A stretch of 64,000 bases of DNA from Paraspadella gotoi (lineage: Eukaryota; Animalia; Chaetognatha). The DNA lies in NCBI GenBank assembly GCA_051294375.1, contig CM119269.1:10708883-10772882 (forward strand), given 5' to 3'. Both the position numbers and the translations under genes were made by a program. Positions 50,634-64,000 of this stretch are shown here, piece after piece. Every line of letters starts with the position of its first letter. Within the stretch, counting starts at the first letter, position 1. The notes below the pieces were generated by a model. It saw only the letters and a list, made by a program, of their open reading frames with translations, ran no database searches and was not told the DNA's origin.

Positions 50634-51336
50634 GGTTTCGCCGCAAGGAAAAATAAGACGACAGAACGAATGGAGAACGATGTCGAAGGAAGCGACCGAC
50701 GCACGACAGAGACGACGACGTACGACGACGAACGACGAGAGGGAAAGGGCGACTCAAAAAATCCAACCTTCCTCGTAACTGTGTCGACGATTATTTGGGT
50801 GAGGGGGGGAGGTTTTATTGGGGGGAGGTTGGAGAGAGAAAGGAGAAGGAGCAGGAAAAATACCAAAAAAATGATTTATTTATTTAATTTGTTTTTATGT
50901 TTATTTAATTTATTATTTATTATTATTTATTTATTCTTAATCTTATTTATTTATTTATTTAGAAGATCCTCTTTAAAAAAAAATAAAATAGCTAGTAAAA
51001 AATGTCAAGTACGACGATTGACCACAGCGACCGACGACGACAGAACGAGACGAACGACAGGAACGACGCACGAAGGCGACGAAAGATGAAAACCGTTTTA
51101 ACGACGATTTTTATGAACAGAAGAAATCCTTTAAATTAATTTCCCGCCTACGCATTTGGCATTAAAGTTATCGATTGCCAAAACATTAAATAATATTTTT
51201 ATCCTACCGAAATAAATATGATCTCAGTAAATAGAAGACAGTATAACAGCTTACAATGTACATGATACTAAATATGAAAATTAGATTCACCTTTACAAAA
51301 CTTTTGTCTTCGGACAGGGGGGGAACGAGAGAAGAG

Positions 51337-51387
<51 letters not shown>

Positions 51388-52113
51388 GAGAGAGAGAGAG
51401 AGAGACGCAGAGAGTTATGCCGTAGGAGATGGAGATAACGGTTTCCGTTAGTTTTATCAGCGATTATAACGAATCTTTACTTTTTCTCTATCGAGCTTTT
51501 CGAAGAACGACGGTTTTCGAACGACGACGGACAGACGACGCCGGACGAACGAACGACCGACGACGCAGCGAACGCTTTACGAATTGATTTTGTTAGTCCT
51601 AAAAGAAATTATGGTTCGGGCGTCGACGAACTCGTATTATGTTTAAATAATGTCGTCCAGCACGTTCATCGTGATTGTGAGAATTCAACGTAAAACATGA
51701 TCGCTCGTCCCAGATAATATATGTACTTTTTTAGGTATGTCCTTATTTTTTTGTCTTCTACTTACGAAGTTGATCATAGATGTCACTATGGCATATTTTA
51801 TGACATTGTCTGACCAGTCGTCTCGAGTGAGTGTAGTGAGTGAGTGAAAGAAGAATGAAAGAGAGAGAGAGAGAGAGAGAAGAGAAGTATGTAGAGAGAG
51901 AGAGAAGAGGAGATTGAGAGAGATGTAAGGAGAGAGATAGATAAGAAATAATATCGATTATTGGTCGCGCGTCCTGTTCTCATTCACACTAATCGGCGTC
52001 GCTGTCGCTCTCGTCGTCGTCGTCGTCGTTGAGAAGATTGATCTTTTGTGTCTTGCCCGTCGGGCCATAAAAGCCTCCTGTTACCGGCCTCTTCGCCCCC
52101 GATCTTCCCTTAC

Positions 52114-52727
52114 TTGGCGGCGAACGAATGGGTCTCTCGGTGGCTCGATGATTCGTTTCGCCTCCATGAAAGCATGTCTTTCTGACGTTTAAAAGTTTTT
52201 TTTCTTTATATTTTTTTATTTTCTCGTCCGCTCTCATTCTATCTTTTTTAATTCGATTGGTCCTGATTGTAAAAGTTACATTTCTTTGTACTATTTATTT
52301 TAATCTTTGTTTTAACTCTTTATACCTTGATTTTTTATTTAGCTATTTACTCATTTTTCTATATGTATCCAAATTAACGTACAAGTCTCTTTTCCACTTT
52401 TATTTCTTTTATTATTCAAATATTTTTTTTTGGTATAATCGCCTTAGCCTTAGGCCCTCGCGACTATTTTCAACTTTCCTCTCTCTCCCTATTTCCTTCT
52501 CTTCCCTTTCTATTTTTTCCATTCTCCTCGTCTTTCTTTCCTTTTTACCCTCTCTTTCTCTGTCTTTATATCTGCCACTTTCTCTCTTTTCCCCATCACG
52601 TTTTTTTATCGCCCTTTACTTCCGTCCGAGTCGCCCGCCTCTCCGCCCTTCCTTCCCCCCTTCCCCCGCGGACGGCCTTTTGTTCGACGCCAACCTGTAA
52701 TCCGAGGCGGCGCCTTTTTGATGTCCT
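52114..52727 (-). CDS. Two candidate small exons (52727-52695, 52181-52114); frame and gene assignment ambiguous
   Basis: CAG acceptors; donors AG|GTTGGC and AA|GTAAGG. One frame reads EDIKKAPPRITERHAFMEAKRIIEPPRDPFVRRQ. Another (GHQKGAASDYRKTCFHGGETNHRATERPIRSPP) ends in phase 1 and could splice in frame into the first exon of the gene at 50633 through an internal CAG. Confidence 0.35.
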
Positions 52728-53158
52728 CTGTCTCGTGGATCCGGGATGGGATCAACGATTGGGGGGGGAGACGTTGGGAGGGAGGGGGGTTGGTTGGATT
52801 TGCTTAACAAAGAATGACGGATAAAGGTGTATTGGGAAAGTGTATTGGAAGTAAAGGACAAAAATTTTATTTTAAAAAAATAAAGCCCTTTGGTTCACCA
52901 CTCCCCCGAAAGTAAATCCTGTCACAGATCTTTCTTAAACCATTGACACGACAAAGTAGAGGAATGGGGGGACAACCCTTGCTGGGTTTCTTTCTTTTGA
53001 TTAGTGTAGTAGTTTTCAAATTTTCACCTTCTGATTTCATTTTTTCGCTTTGATTTTGACCTCATACTGACCTTTCTCTTTGTGTTTCCTCTCTCCTCCC
53101 TCTCTCTCTCAATTTCCTCTCTTACCTCAAACTTTTTTTTTTTTTTCTTGGGTTAATT

Positions 53159-53416
53159 CATGACATGACGTGACAATGACTAATAAATTTTTGTCCGTAG
53201 TATTTAATGACATGCAGTTTTCTGCATAAAAATTAGTTTTAGGAGTTACTGAAAGATGGCGCTAGCAGTTCCCTTAGATTTGAGGTTTTTTCTGTCTTAA
53301 CAAAAATGAGGAACAACCAACGGATGGACGACATAACGCGAACCGACCGACCGATCCAGACCGAACCGAAAAGTGAACTTGTAGAGTTACTCGCTATATG
53401 TATCTCGCGGCGCAAC
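53159..53416 (+). mobile_element. Third, diverged and 5'-truncated HINE/DINE-1-like copy
   Basis: CATGACATGACGTGACA, GATGGCGCTAGCAGTT, TTAGATTTGAGGTTTTT, (CCGA)n and terminal CTCGCGGCGCAAC match the other two copies in order. Confidence 0.7.
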
Positions 53417-53769
53417 ACATATTCGAAATCTCCGTCACTATTTCCCTCTTTTTCTCCTTCGCTTCGACCCGTAGAATTAAGGAAAATACGAAAAACAGTT
53501 TTCTCTTCCCGACCCCCCAACGTTTTATGGGCGTTTTGCGAAATGCAGTGTCGGATACTGCATTTGAATATTGCATGAAGAAAAGCGAAAAAATGTATGG
53601 AATAACTGTATGAATAGTGTATGAAAGCCTAAGCCGCAAACGATAATAGGGTAGAAACTGAACGAAGGCCGGGAGACGAAAAAAACAGAAGAAGAAGATC
53701 GTGGGAGAACGGAGGAAGGAAGAAAAGAAAAAAAGGAGGAAAAAGAGAAAGAATGGAAGGAAAAAGACA

Positions 53770-54420
53770 AAAAGAAATAAGACGTAGGAAAAAAAGTAAA
53801 AAAGGAGGAAAAAAGAAAAAAAGAGGAAGGGAAAAGAAAAGAAAAAAGGAGGATAGTTAGACAGAAAATTAAAAATGTAAGGGAAATATAATGCAGGAAG
53901 GAAGAAGAAAAGAAAAAAAAGGAGGAGGCCTGTGCAAAAAATAGAAAAAAAGCGAGGTGAAAAAATAAAAGGAGGAAGTAAATAAAATAAAAAAGGAGGG
54001 AAAATAATTAAATCTTAGGAGAGAAAAAGAAAAAAATGAGGAAGTAAGAATAAAAATAAAAAAGGAGGAAGTTTAGAAAAAAGAAAAAAGGAGGGAAAAA
54101 GGAGGAAGTTAGAAGAAAAGAAAAAGGAGGGAAAAGAAAAAAAGAAGGAAGTTAAGAAGAAAAGATAAAAAGGAGGGAAAAAGAAAAAAGAAGGAAGCTA
54201 GAAGAAAAGAAAAAAGGAGAGAAAGAAAAAGAAAGGAAGTTAGAATGAAAAGAAAAAGGAGGGAAAAGAAAGAAGGAAGTTAGAAGAAAAGAAAAAAAGG
54301 AGGGAAGAAAAAAGGAGGAAAAAGAAAAAAAAATGAAGGAAGGAAGAAGGAGGAAAAGAAAAAGGAGAAAAGATAAAAAGGAAAAGAAAAAAAAAGAAAG
54401 AAGAAAATAAAAATAAAAAA
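53770..54420. repeat. Purine-rich degenerate tandem repeat (AAAAGGAGGGAAAAGAAAAAAGAAGGAAGTTAGAAG-like)
   Basis: Recurring GGAAGTTAGAAG / AAAAGGAGGGAAAA blocks. Confidence 0.7.
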
Positions 54421-55259
54421 GACCTGAGACAATAAATGAGACGAGAAGGCCGCTAAAAAAAAGAAAACAAAAAAGAAAACGCGGTAAAGAATTTTGAAAG
54501 AAAAGAAAAACAGAATTAAATTGGATGGAAGGGAAAAAAAGAAACGAGAGTGAGATAGAGACCGCGAGTCTGGAGACAGAAACAAAGTTGAAGAATAGAG
54601 ATGGAGTCAGGAAACAGAAAAACGAAAAAGAAAAAAAAAGACTTGAAATGGAAAGTGAAGGACCTGAGATCGACGAAATGGAAAGTATATATAATACGTT
54701 AATGTAATTAGTAAATTAAAAAGTAATTTTATCTTTTCTCTGAAATTAAACAAAAAAAAAAAGAAGTCTTAACAAACATACATAACTACCATACTTCTAC
54801 TACTACTAACTTTTTTCGTATCTCGACATTTGCCCCGAATGACTAAATACTGATAATTGAATGTTACCATTTAGTGTACTTATGTAATTGTTAATTGATG
54901 TAAATCTGTTAAAATTAAGTATTTACGGTTTGTAAAAAGCTTATTCAAAAAGTATAAAGTACGGAAAAAAAGCATTAATGCTATGAGAAGGTTCTTTTAG
55001 AAATGAGAATGAATGAAAGATACTAAGTTTAAGTCCAAACCATCTAAAATTTATTCAGTTTACTTTTTAAAAACATGCATTTTTTAATATTCATTTATAC
55101 GTACGAACATTTGAGGTAAAACTCTCTAGTTTATCTGTTAACAACGAAGAGAAAATTTTTTCTCTTCTGTTTTTCTCTTTGAATAAGAAAAGAAGAAAAA
55201 GTGGATTCTCTCCTTTTGTGGCGAATCAATGCATGGGTCACATGGAACACCGGCGAAAT

Positions 55260-55349
<90 letters not shown>

Positions 55350-56269
55350 CGCGGGGACTTCTTCCATTTATAATTTGTTCGAGTTTTCATCACGTTACGT
55401 TCAAACCGCCAACGGTCCGTAATTGTCATCGTCATAGTCCGTCGTCGTTATCTTCACAGTCGTCGCCATTGTCGTCAATCGTCATAGTCGTCGTCATCGT
55501 CGTTATCTTCCCAGTCGTCGTCAATCGTGATAGTCCGTCGTCATCGTTGTTATCGTCGTCGTCGTCGTCATCGTCGTTATTTTCATCAGCAGTCCGTCAT
55601 CAAATCGTCGTTGTCTTCAACATGGTCGTCATAGTCGTCGCTTAATTTTCATAGTCGTTCCGTTCGTCGTCGTCGTTTATCGTTATCTGTCATAGTTGAC
55701 GCCAATAGTCAGTCGTCTCGTTATCCTCATCGTTCCGTTCGTCATCGTTCGCCATAAAAACAAGATTAAAATCTCATTCCGTATTCGTTTATTCTTGTCT
55801 TTCTTATCCGAAAACTCGTTAACGTCTGAATTTTTGACGAGAAATTCGGGGACTAAATATTAATTTTTTTTCATCTATCGATGACGATAAATCGCGGGAA
55901 ACAGAAATATATTTTAATCTTGGGATTCAATCACGTCTGTCATTTTGGTTCACTGTCTCCATCACTGTCTCCATTACTGACAATCAATGTCATCCCATAC
56001 AACTTGGAATTATTTCAGTATTCGAGTAATCTTTTCCCTTAACGAACCACTGATGCGTCGTGACTTCTCCCTACTCATTTCCCCACACCAAATCAACATA
56101 TCGGCCCCACAAGAGCCCATCATATGAAATTGGCCCAGCTCGAACGAATCACCCTTTGGTGAAAGTCTCGAATTTTCCCTTCCGCTTCACCAACTCTGAA
56201 CGTTCATGGGGGGGGGTCGCGATGGTGAGTTGAAATTTATATTCGCGGACGAAGAGAGAGCGAATGGGA

Positions 56270-56315
<46 letters not shown>

Positions 56316-59300
56316 GAGGAGAGAGAGAGAGAGAGAGAGAGCAGAGTTAGAGAGAGAGAGATCCTGAGAAAGATCTTGAACCATTATGAAGTAGAGCAAT
56401 GGATCTGGGTGGGAGAGATGGAGAGAATATCTATTTTACTACAAAGAAGAGATGCTAAAGAGGAAGTAAGAAATAACAGGCAGACTATGTTTGTACATAA
56501 GTATCATTAGATCTTAGTCACTCTATAGAGAAGAGAGACGACCGAGATGGATGAGAGAGAGAAGAGATGAAGAGAGAGCAGTAGAGAGACATTGAGAGAG
56601 GAGAATTGAGAGACGATTGAGAAAGAGATGTAGAAGGAGCTACGTGCTTAGAAGAGAAGAATAGAAGAGAGTAGAGAACATCTGTCTTCGCTAATTCATC
56701 AATCACATTCCGTAATGATCTAACTCGTTTTGCATCTTTGATACTTTTTCCTTTTTAACCACGCCGACTCGTCATCCGAAAACTTGTGTGTGTGAGAGTA
56801 CGAGAATAGAGATGAGATGGTAAAAAATTTAAGAGAGAGAAAAGGAAGAAAGAGAAAGAAGAAAAGAAAAGAAAAGGAAGAGGAAAGGGAAAGAGAAAAA
56901 AAAAAAAAAGTTGGATCGAGAAGGAAAAAAAGAGGAGAAGGGAGGAAAAAAAAGACGAGCACGAGAGGAGAGAGAGAGCAGAGAGAGGAGAGAGGAGGAG
57001 ATAGAGGAGAGAGAGAGGTAGTCGGTAGCAGATTTTTTGTTAACCTGTTTAAGAAGGAAGCCTTTTGTTTTTTCGACGCGTCGAGAGAGGAGAGGAGAGA
57101 CGAGTAGTAGAGAGTCTTTTCATGAGTCTTTCAGGAAGAGTATGTTTCGTTCTTAGAGAGAGTAGCTAGAGTAGAGCGCCCCTTCGAATAATATTTCGGC
57201 CGTCAATGAATGGCGAAGGCAAATTCTAAGAATTTTCTCTTTCAACAAGGACTAGAAAATGACAATAATATCATACGCAATATATCTCTAATATTCACTT
57301 ATATTCTGATAAATTACGTTATATATTCTATCTATCTTGTCCCGCTTTCCATTTCCTTCTGACTCAACCTTTCCCTTTCATCGGAGTTGGATCATTCTTC
57401 TCTTCTTTCTGCTTACCTTCGAAAAAATTGAAAACTCCTTTCGCTTTGAATCGGTTACGAAGTTGAGTCTTGAGAATCTCCTGGTAGTCGTCTTTTTCAT
57501 TCCCCTTACCATCCCTTTCCATCATTTCGTCACATCCGCTTCGATTTCTGTCTTTTCTTCTTTTCTTTCTTTTCTCTCTTTTCTCCTCCTCTCCTTCTTT
57601 ATTCTTTTCCTCCTCTGACTAGGTATTCCTTTCCTAACATTTCTTTCCTCCCTTTAAATCCACCATTCTCCATTTCGTCCTTCTTTCCATGGCATTCTGC
57701 CACGACCCATTAGTCCCTGAAGTAATAAGTTTTCCATCGTCTTCGCATAGCCGACATTTCTCCTTTTCTCTCTCATTCTCTCTCTTTTTTCCGTTTTTTC
57801 TCGTTCTCTCTTTCTTTCTCTCTCTCCTCTTCTCTCCTACTCATCTCTCCTCTCTTTCTCCTATCTCCGTCACTCTCATGTCTCTCTCTCTCATCTATTA
57901 ATCATAACTTCCCTAAGGTGGCCAGAAAGAGGTGAGAGTGATAACTGGGTAGAGAAATAAAAGGAAGGAAAGACAGATAGAAAGTTTGTGAAATTCTGAA
58001 CCCAAGAAAATCGTGAAACCATTTCTCTCCTTTTTGGTCGAAGGCTTTCTATGCCATTAGGATCTCTTATTTCTCTCCCTCTCTCTCGTCTCTCTCCTCT
58101 CTTCTCTCTCTCATCAGGATCTCTCTCTCTTCTCTCTCTCTCTCCATCCTCTCATTAATCTTCTCACTCCTCTCTCTCTCTTTCTTTCCTATTCTCTCTC
58201 TCTTTTTCTTCTTCTCTTCTTTCTTTATCATATTCTCTCTCTCTCTTTCCCTCTACGGGCCATCTTTTGCTCGCGTCGGCCCTGCTTCCCTTCCCCTGAG
58301 AATCAGCCATCCTTTCTTCTTTTTCATTCAGAGAGTTTTCTCAGTTTCAGCTTTGGTCCGCGCGGTCGGCTCCTTGGTTTTGAGTTGGGCACGGGCATCG
58401 ACTTCGAGTGCTGAGTGAGATGATGATCTGAATGATGATCTCATGATGATGAATGATAAATACGAGTTGACGAGGATGAACCGCTAATAATCAATATCAT
58501 ATTCGTATAACGGTGAAGAAGATTCCTGCTATTTATCTCTTTTTTCAATTCCTTTTGCTAAATATCTTCTGAAGGCTAAATCTTGAGAGGAAAGCGAATT
58601 CCAGCATTTCCGAGAATGGATCGTGAAGATCTCTCGACACCGATCGCGGTCACTCTCCGCTGTCCAGTCAAGAATTTCTAGTTCAGAGTCATGACAACGA
58701 AAGGGGTATAGAATAATACAGTAATAAGAACAAAAGGCAGGTCGTGAATTCCAGTATTGATTTAATGTCAGGTAGTTTGACAATTTTAAGATGCATCATT
58801 TCACACCATAAATTGATATCTGACGATAAAAATGCGTGGAGTTGATATTAATATACCCGTTGGAGAAGGTGGAATAATTGCGATACTTTGGGTCAAATCG
58901 GAAAGTGACGCTGACCTAAACCACATCCACAATTTCTTTTTCGTAACAAGCATTCATTTATTTTTTCTTACTGAGATCCCTTAGCTTCGATGCTCCCTTT
59001 TCACTTCTTTGTCCAAGTAGCAAGTGAGCATTAGAGGTTTGGTTATCTCGGGTTCATAGACGTTCACTTGCGATAGTTCACTGGTCATAACAATATGATA
59101 TTTCTTAGTCATATATATGCCTTGATGCGTATGAACGTATTTCTCATTGCAGATATTAGATCAAATCACTTTACGTGTTTGAATTCCGAAAAAGAATTGA
59201 AATAAAGAAGTGATTAGAAAGAAATGAAGAATCTTCAGTTATTCATGATACTTTTGTGCAAATAAAGCGTATAATGTTATGGATAATTGCTACTATTATG

Positions 59301-60061
59301 ATTTGCTATTTTCTAGCTTTCCGATCTCGCTGTTCTGTCGAACGTGGAATATCGCTCAGAGATAGGCCGAATTCATGTTCCGTTCCTCGAAAAATTCTGC
59401 GAAAGTATAGTAATTGTTCTCGTTTTAATCTGACTGTGTAGTATTCATAAGTGATAGTTGTGGGAGGGAGAAGAGTTATTGGAAGAGAGATGATGAGAGG
59501 AGAGAAGTAAGAGAAGCATGAGTATGAGCAGAGATGAGAGAGCATGGAGAACGAATAGAGTGAGAGAGGAATCGAGCTTTTACGCGTTATCATGTGACTC
59601 CGGCTTTTATAACATATTTTATTTTCTTTATTTCGTGTTCCCCATTCTTGATGATCGCACCCCCTTTTATTCCGGTTAGCCAAGTAATGTTCGGAGTACC
59701 TTGGCGTTAGACGCTGCTGATCAAGATGCCTTGAAGTGATTCAGCACCTTTTGGAAACTTGTACCATTCTGAATTTCCTTTCCTTTTTTTTTTTCATCGG
59801 CGTTCTTTCCTTTGAATTCTAGCTTCTTTTGCGTTCTTACACATCGCGCCTATGACACCTGGGCAGCCGCGAACTTTCTCTCCCTCCTCTCCCTCTCTCT
59901 CTCTCCTTTCTCTCTCTCTCTCTCCTCTCTCCATCTCTCTCTCTCTTCTCATCTCTTCATCTCATCTCTCTCTCTCTCATTATCCTCATTCTCACCCTTT
60001 TGAATATACTCTTTGGTTGTCTCTCAACTTTTGTCTCGTCCTTCGTTCTTCCGTCGGCCTC

Positions 60062-60320
60062 ATTGACCTCAATCTTTTCTCCTTCCTCCTTCCTACCTTC
60101 TCTGAGTTCCTCAATCTTTTCCTTCTCGCTTTTTTTCTACCCTTCCTTCCTTCCTACCTTCTTGAGCCTCAATCTTTATCTCCTTCTCTTTCCTCTTCCT
60201 ACCTTCTTTAACCTTTCATCTTTTCCTCTTCCTTCATCCTTCCTCCTTCTTGAGCCTCATCTTTTCTCCTTTTTCTCCTTCCTCCTTCCTCCTTCTTAAG
60301 CCTCAATCTTTTTTCTCCTT
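60062..60320. repeat. Degenerate pyrimidine-rich tandem repeat (core CTTCTTGAGCCTCAATCTTTT)
   Basis: About six recurrences of the core, separated by CT-rich spacers. Confidence 0.7.
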
Positions 60321-62360
60321 GTCCCTCCTTTTTCCGCGTATATATCTCTCCACTCCTTCCAGTCTTGCAGTGTTCAACTGTTCATTCATCCATCTCTATA
60401 ATTTTTGTCAATCGAATAGTTTCTCAAACCCTCCATTTCCCCGCCGCCATTTATTTTCCAATCCTATTCACGTTACTTATCATCCCCTACTACTGCTAGT
60501 GGATCGCCTATGCAGCTGTTTCCACACTCCACTTCTCCGATTTTCAAACATCCGTCGAACACATTAACCTTCTCCAGCACTTAATTTATTCCCAAACCGC
60601 CTTTTTGGAAATAAAATTAAATCACGTGTATGTGTAATTACTGTAAAGTTGTAATTTTCATTTCACATTTTTATTTCAGAGTTACGATTCATTTTTCTGC
60701 ATTTTTAGAGGAGTAAAAGAAAAATATTTCACTAATTTTAATTAACGTAAATAAAAGATGCTTATTTGTGCCCTATCTTTTTGGTACTGTAACAATGTGC
60801 AAAGGAAAATCTCGTTATTAACCGGAAATACATAAAAGTTTTTTTTTTTTTTAATTTGAAAGGTTTGAAGCCAGAAATAAGTATCAATTCGATTGAAAAT
60901 ACGACGTCCAACGTGATCCTCTAAGTGTATCGTAAAAACGAAATGAGAATGATTCAATTAAATTACGTCGCAATCTGGTACCGCGACAACCTTTTTTTCT
61001 TACTCAAACCACCTGAGGTTCGTTTGCCTCAACGCGCCAATTCAATAAACGTATAAATGATAAACGGTAAAACTGAGCGAGAGAATAAGACTCTTATTTT
61101 AAATCTCCGCTTTTCTTTCCGTCGTCGTCCGTAGCTTTGCTTTTTATCGTCTTCTTCCGCTTTTTGGATATTTTTTTTTTTTTTTTGGGGTCTTTTCTAA
61201 TTTTTTTTTTTCTGTTTCTTTAATTAGAGTCGTTACTTTTTTTGTTTTTAAATTGTTTTTGTTTGGTTTTGTTTTTTTTGTTTTTGTTGTTTTTTTTTTC
61301 GTCGCGAAGATGGGCCGTTCATCGTAAGGTCCGCCCCGTCCGCAACGACGCCCCCAACGGGTAACGAATTGTCAATGCTGCAGTAGAGGCGTTGGCATGG
61401 TTCGCCATCTGCTGGGGACGGGGAACTTGCAAAGAAAAGGATTAAGAAACGGTTCGGAGATTGGATCATTGAAGGTAGCCGGGATAAAAATACTCTGGAT
61501 CTCCACTGATTCGATATCAAATTGTTGTACTATTTATGCTAATATTAATTATATGTCATTTCCTATTCAAATATTATATATACATTTATTTGGTCTAATT
61601 ACGTTTACGTTACGTGCTTCCACGTACGTCCGGCTTCCGCATCGATCTACTCCATCTATCCCGTTCTATCTCCTTTTTTTCCCTGCTATCAAACTCCTTG
61701 GTCAAAGGCCGTTCATAAAATCTTCCCTCTCCGATCAGAAAATATTTTTTTCCCAAAAAATAATAATATTAATCCTTTTCAACGAGGGTTCTGACTTGAT
61801 AGAAGGCTTCAGCACCGCGACTGACTTATGGAGCTCAATCTTCTTGAAAGTTGAGAGAGAGAGAGAGAGAGAGAAGAGAGAAAGAGAGAGAGAGAAGAGA
61901 GGGGGGGGGGGAGGGGGGCGTGAGGCTAACGGCAATCACGGCTTTGGCTCTCAACTACAGAGGAGAAATTTTATCAGAATCGACAGGGAAGGGATTTATG
62001 GAATGGCCTTTAATTTTCCTTAAATAGTCTCGCTCCTGTTCAGAGCTAACTGGTCCGAACCCCTCCCATTCCCGATATTGTTCCTTCTCTTTCCTCATTC
62101 CTCCCTTTCTCTCGCCCCTCTTTTTCTATTCCTTTAACCCTTCCAGCTTATTTCCCTATTATTCTATTACCTTATCTCTCATTTTCCTACCACTGTTCCG
62201 CTTTATTTTACGCATCGTTCCTTTCTCTATCTCTCTCTCTCTCTCTTCTCTCTCTCGTTCTCCTCTCTCTCTTCTCCTTCCTCAACTCAACTCAAACCTA
62301 TTCGTTGCCATTTTTCTTCGGCGCCGTTTTAAAAACTCGAACGAGGCGACCAGAGGTCAG

Positions 62361-62397
<37 letters not shown>

Positions 62398-62588
62398 GAG
62401 AAGAGGAGAGAGAGAGAAGAAGAGATATGAACGATTAAGCCCTATTTCATAAAGTTCTCTTTGTTTTCTACTCTCTCGTCGCCAAGTCGGTCGTTCGCTC
62501 TCACATCATCGGTTCCGTCCATTTATCAAAAAACTCCTTCGCCACTGTTGTTCTGTAATTTTGCTCTCTCTTTGCTCGTAATCTAATC

Positions 62589-62948
62589 GCAAATCTCCAT
62601 TGTCTTTGCCTGATCCTTCCCTAAAATCTGCTCGCCAAATCTCCCTTGTCTTTGCCCTGATTCTCCCTAAAATTATGCTCGCAATCTCCCTTGTCTTTTG
62701 CCCATGATCCTTCCATAAAATCTGGCTCGCATCGTTCCCCTTGTCTTTGCCCTGATCCTTCCCTAAAATCTGCTCACTAATCTCCCTTGTCTTCGCCCTG
62801 ATCCTTCCATAAATCTGCTCGCAATCTCCCTTGTCTTTGGCTGATCCTTCCCTAATCTGCTTGCAATCTCCTTTGTCTTCGCCCTGATCCTTCCCTAATC
62901 TGCTCGCAATCTCCCTTGTTCTTCGCCCTGAATCCTTCCCGTAAATTT
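62589..62948. repeat. Minisatellite, eight copies of a ~42-48 bp unit
   Basis: Consensus GCAATCTCCCTTGTCTTTGCCCTGATCCTTCCCTAAAATCTGCTC (45 bp). Copies differ mostly by small indels. Confidence 0.9.
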
Positions 62949-63936
62949 TCTCAATATCCTTCTTTCATGTATTTCAGCAATTCGGTCATCTTCTCCTTTC
63001 AAGCCTTCTCCTGCATTGCTCCTTTTTTTTTTTATCGTCTTCCTCAATCTCCTGCGAAATCCATCCAGATTTTGATGTGTCTTTTCATCGGAGGCGGCCG
63101 TCGCCTCCTCTACTACTCGGGCCTCCCCTACGGGATCTGGGAGACCGATTCCGATACTACTTGAGATGCTGCTGCATAGTCTATGCAGCCACGGGCCGTA
63201 GGGATGATGGGTGAAAGAGAGGGAGTGGGCATAAATCAGCCGAGTGACTCGGCTGAAATAAAGAAGGGCGAGGCAGGGGGTCCCGCTCTCTTTTGGAAGA
63301 TTGCGAGGGTGTTGCCAAAATTTCGTCCCTCACGCAATTGGTAAGGTCGCTCGCGAAAAAAGTGAGGTTATTTACGAGACTCCGTCTTTGAACCGAGAAA
63401 AGAAAAAATCCCGTTCATCGCGGGAGGGAGAGCGAGAGAGCGAGAGAGGAGAGTTTATGGATGGGGAAGAAGGAAATGGAATGAGAAAAAGGGAAAGGAA
63501 ATGGAAAATGGAATGAGAAATAAAATTGGAAGGAATGGAAAATGGAAAAAATGGAATTTGACGAAAAATGAAAAGGAAGAATGGAAAATGAATGAAGAAA
63601 AAGAAGGGAGGAAATGGAAAAATGGATGAGAAAAGAAATTATAATATGGAAAATGTATATTAGATTAAAAAGGGAATGGAAAATGGAAATATGAAGAAAA
63701 GGGAAGAAAATGGAAAAGCCAAATGGAAAAAAGGGAATTCCCGGATGATTGGAGGAAAAGTGATTTAAAGAGAGAAGTCGTCGGTCTGGAAAGAAAACTT
63801 GTGGAATTAACTAATTGATTGATTTCTCATTTCATATAACGTTGTTGGCTTAGAGTTATTGAAAATAAAATGAGAAAAGATAAAGGGCATATTAGGAAGC
63901 ATACCGGAAGAGAAGAAACGTGGTTAGGGAAAGGAT

Positions 63937-64000
<64 letters not shown>

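Noticed and set aside
51989-52181. Zinc-knuckle-like CFHGGETNHRATERP and acidic tail as a terminal exon
   Set aside because: Two of the four CCHC ligands are missing, the acidic tail is a (GAC)n microsatellite, and another frame with a strong internal donor is equally plausible.
58529-58700. FTIHSRKCWNSLSS resembling the C-terminus of a CR1/L2 ORF2
   Set aside because: Only a few residues match, no RT motifs are visible nearby, and the sequence is of doubtful accuracy.
62589-62948. CRISPR-like repeat array
   Set aside because: Units are contiguous with no unique spacers, there are no cas genes, and the context is eukaryotic.

Overview
This is eukaryotic, most likely invertebrate animal, genomic DNA. 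It is AT-rich, dense in microsatellites ((GA)n, (GTC)n, (AAAG)n), has seven N gaps, and contains error-prone-looking stretches near both ends. Nearly all ORFs in the supplied track are low-complexity artefacts; the real genes are spliced. Best-supported feature: a complete 5-exon + strand globin gene (19164-20969, 203 aa) with an N-terminal MGDCTSK acylation-like motif, a Phe-rich distal pocket (Phe B10/CD1/E11, His E7, His F8), a 14-proline C-terminal tail, and introns at neither ancestral globin position. A phase-consistent 6-exon - strand gene (50633 to 44459, both ends uncertain) encodes a protein I cannot assign to a family. A weaker + strand exon chain spans about 29.6-40 kb. Mobile elements: three copies of a Helentron/DINE-1-like non-autonomous family, four variably truncated copies of a probable non-LTR 3' end, and one ~590 bp MITE. 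All gene models were built by eye from splice signals and reading frame. No database search or expression data were available, and the taxon cannot be determined.
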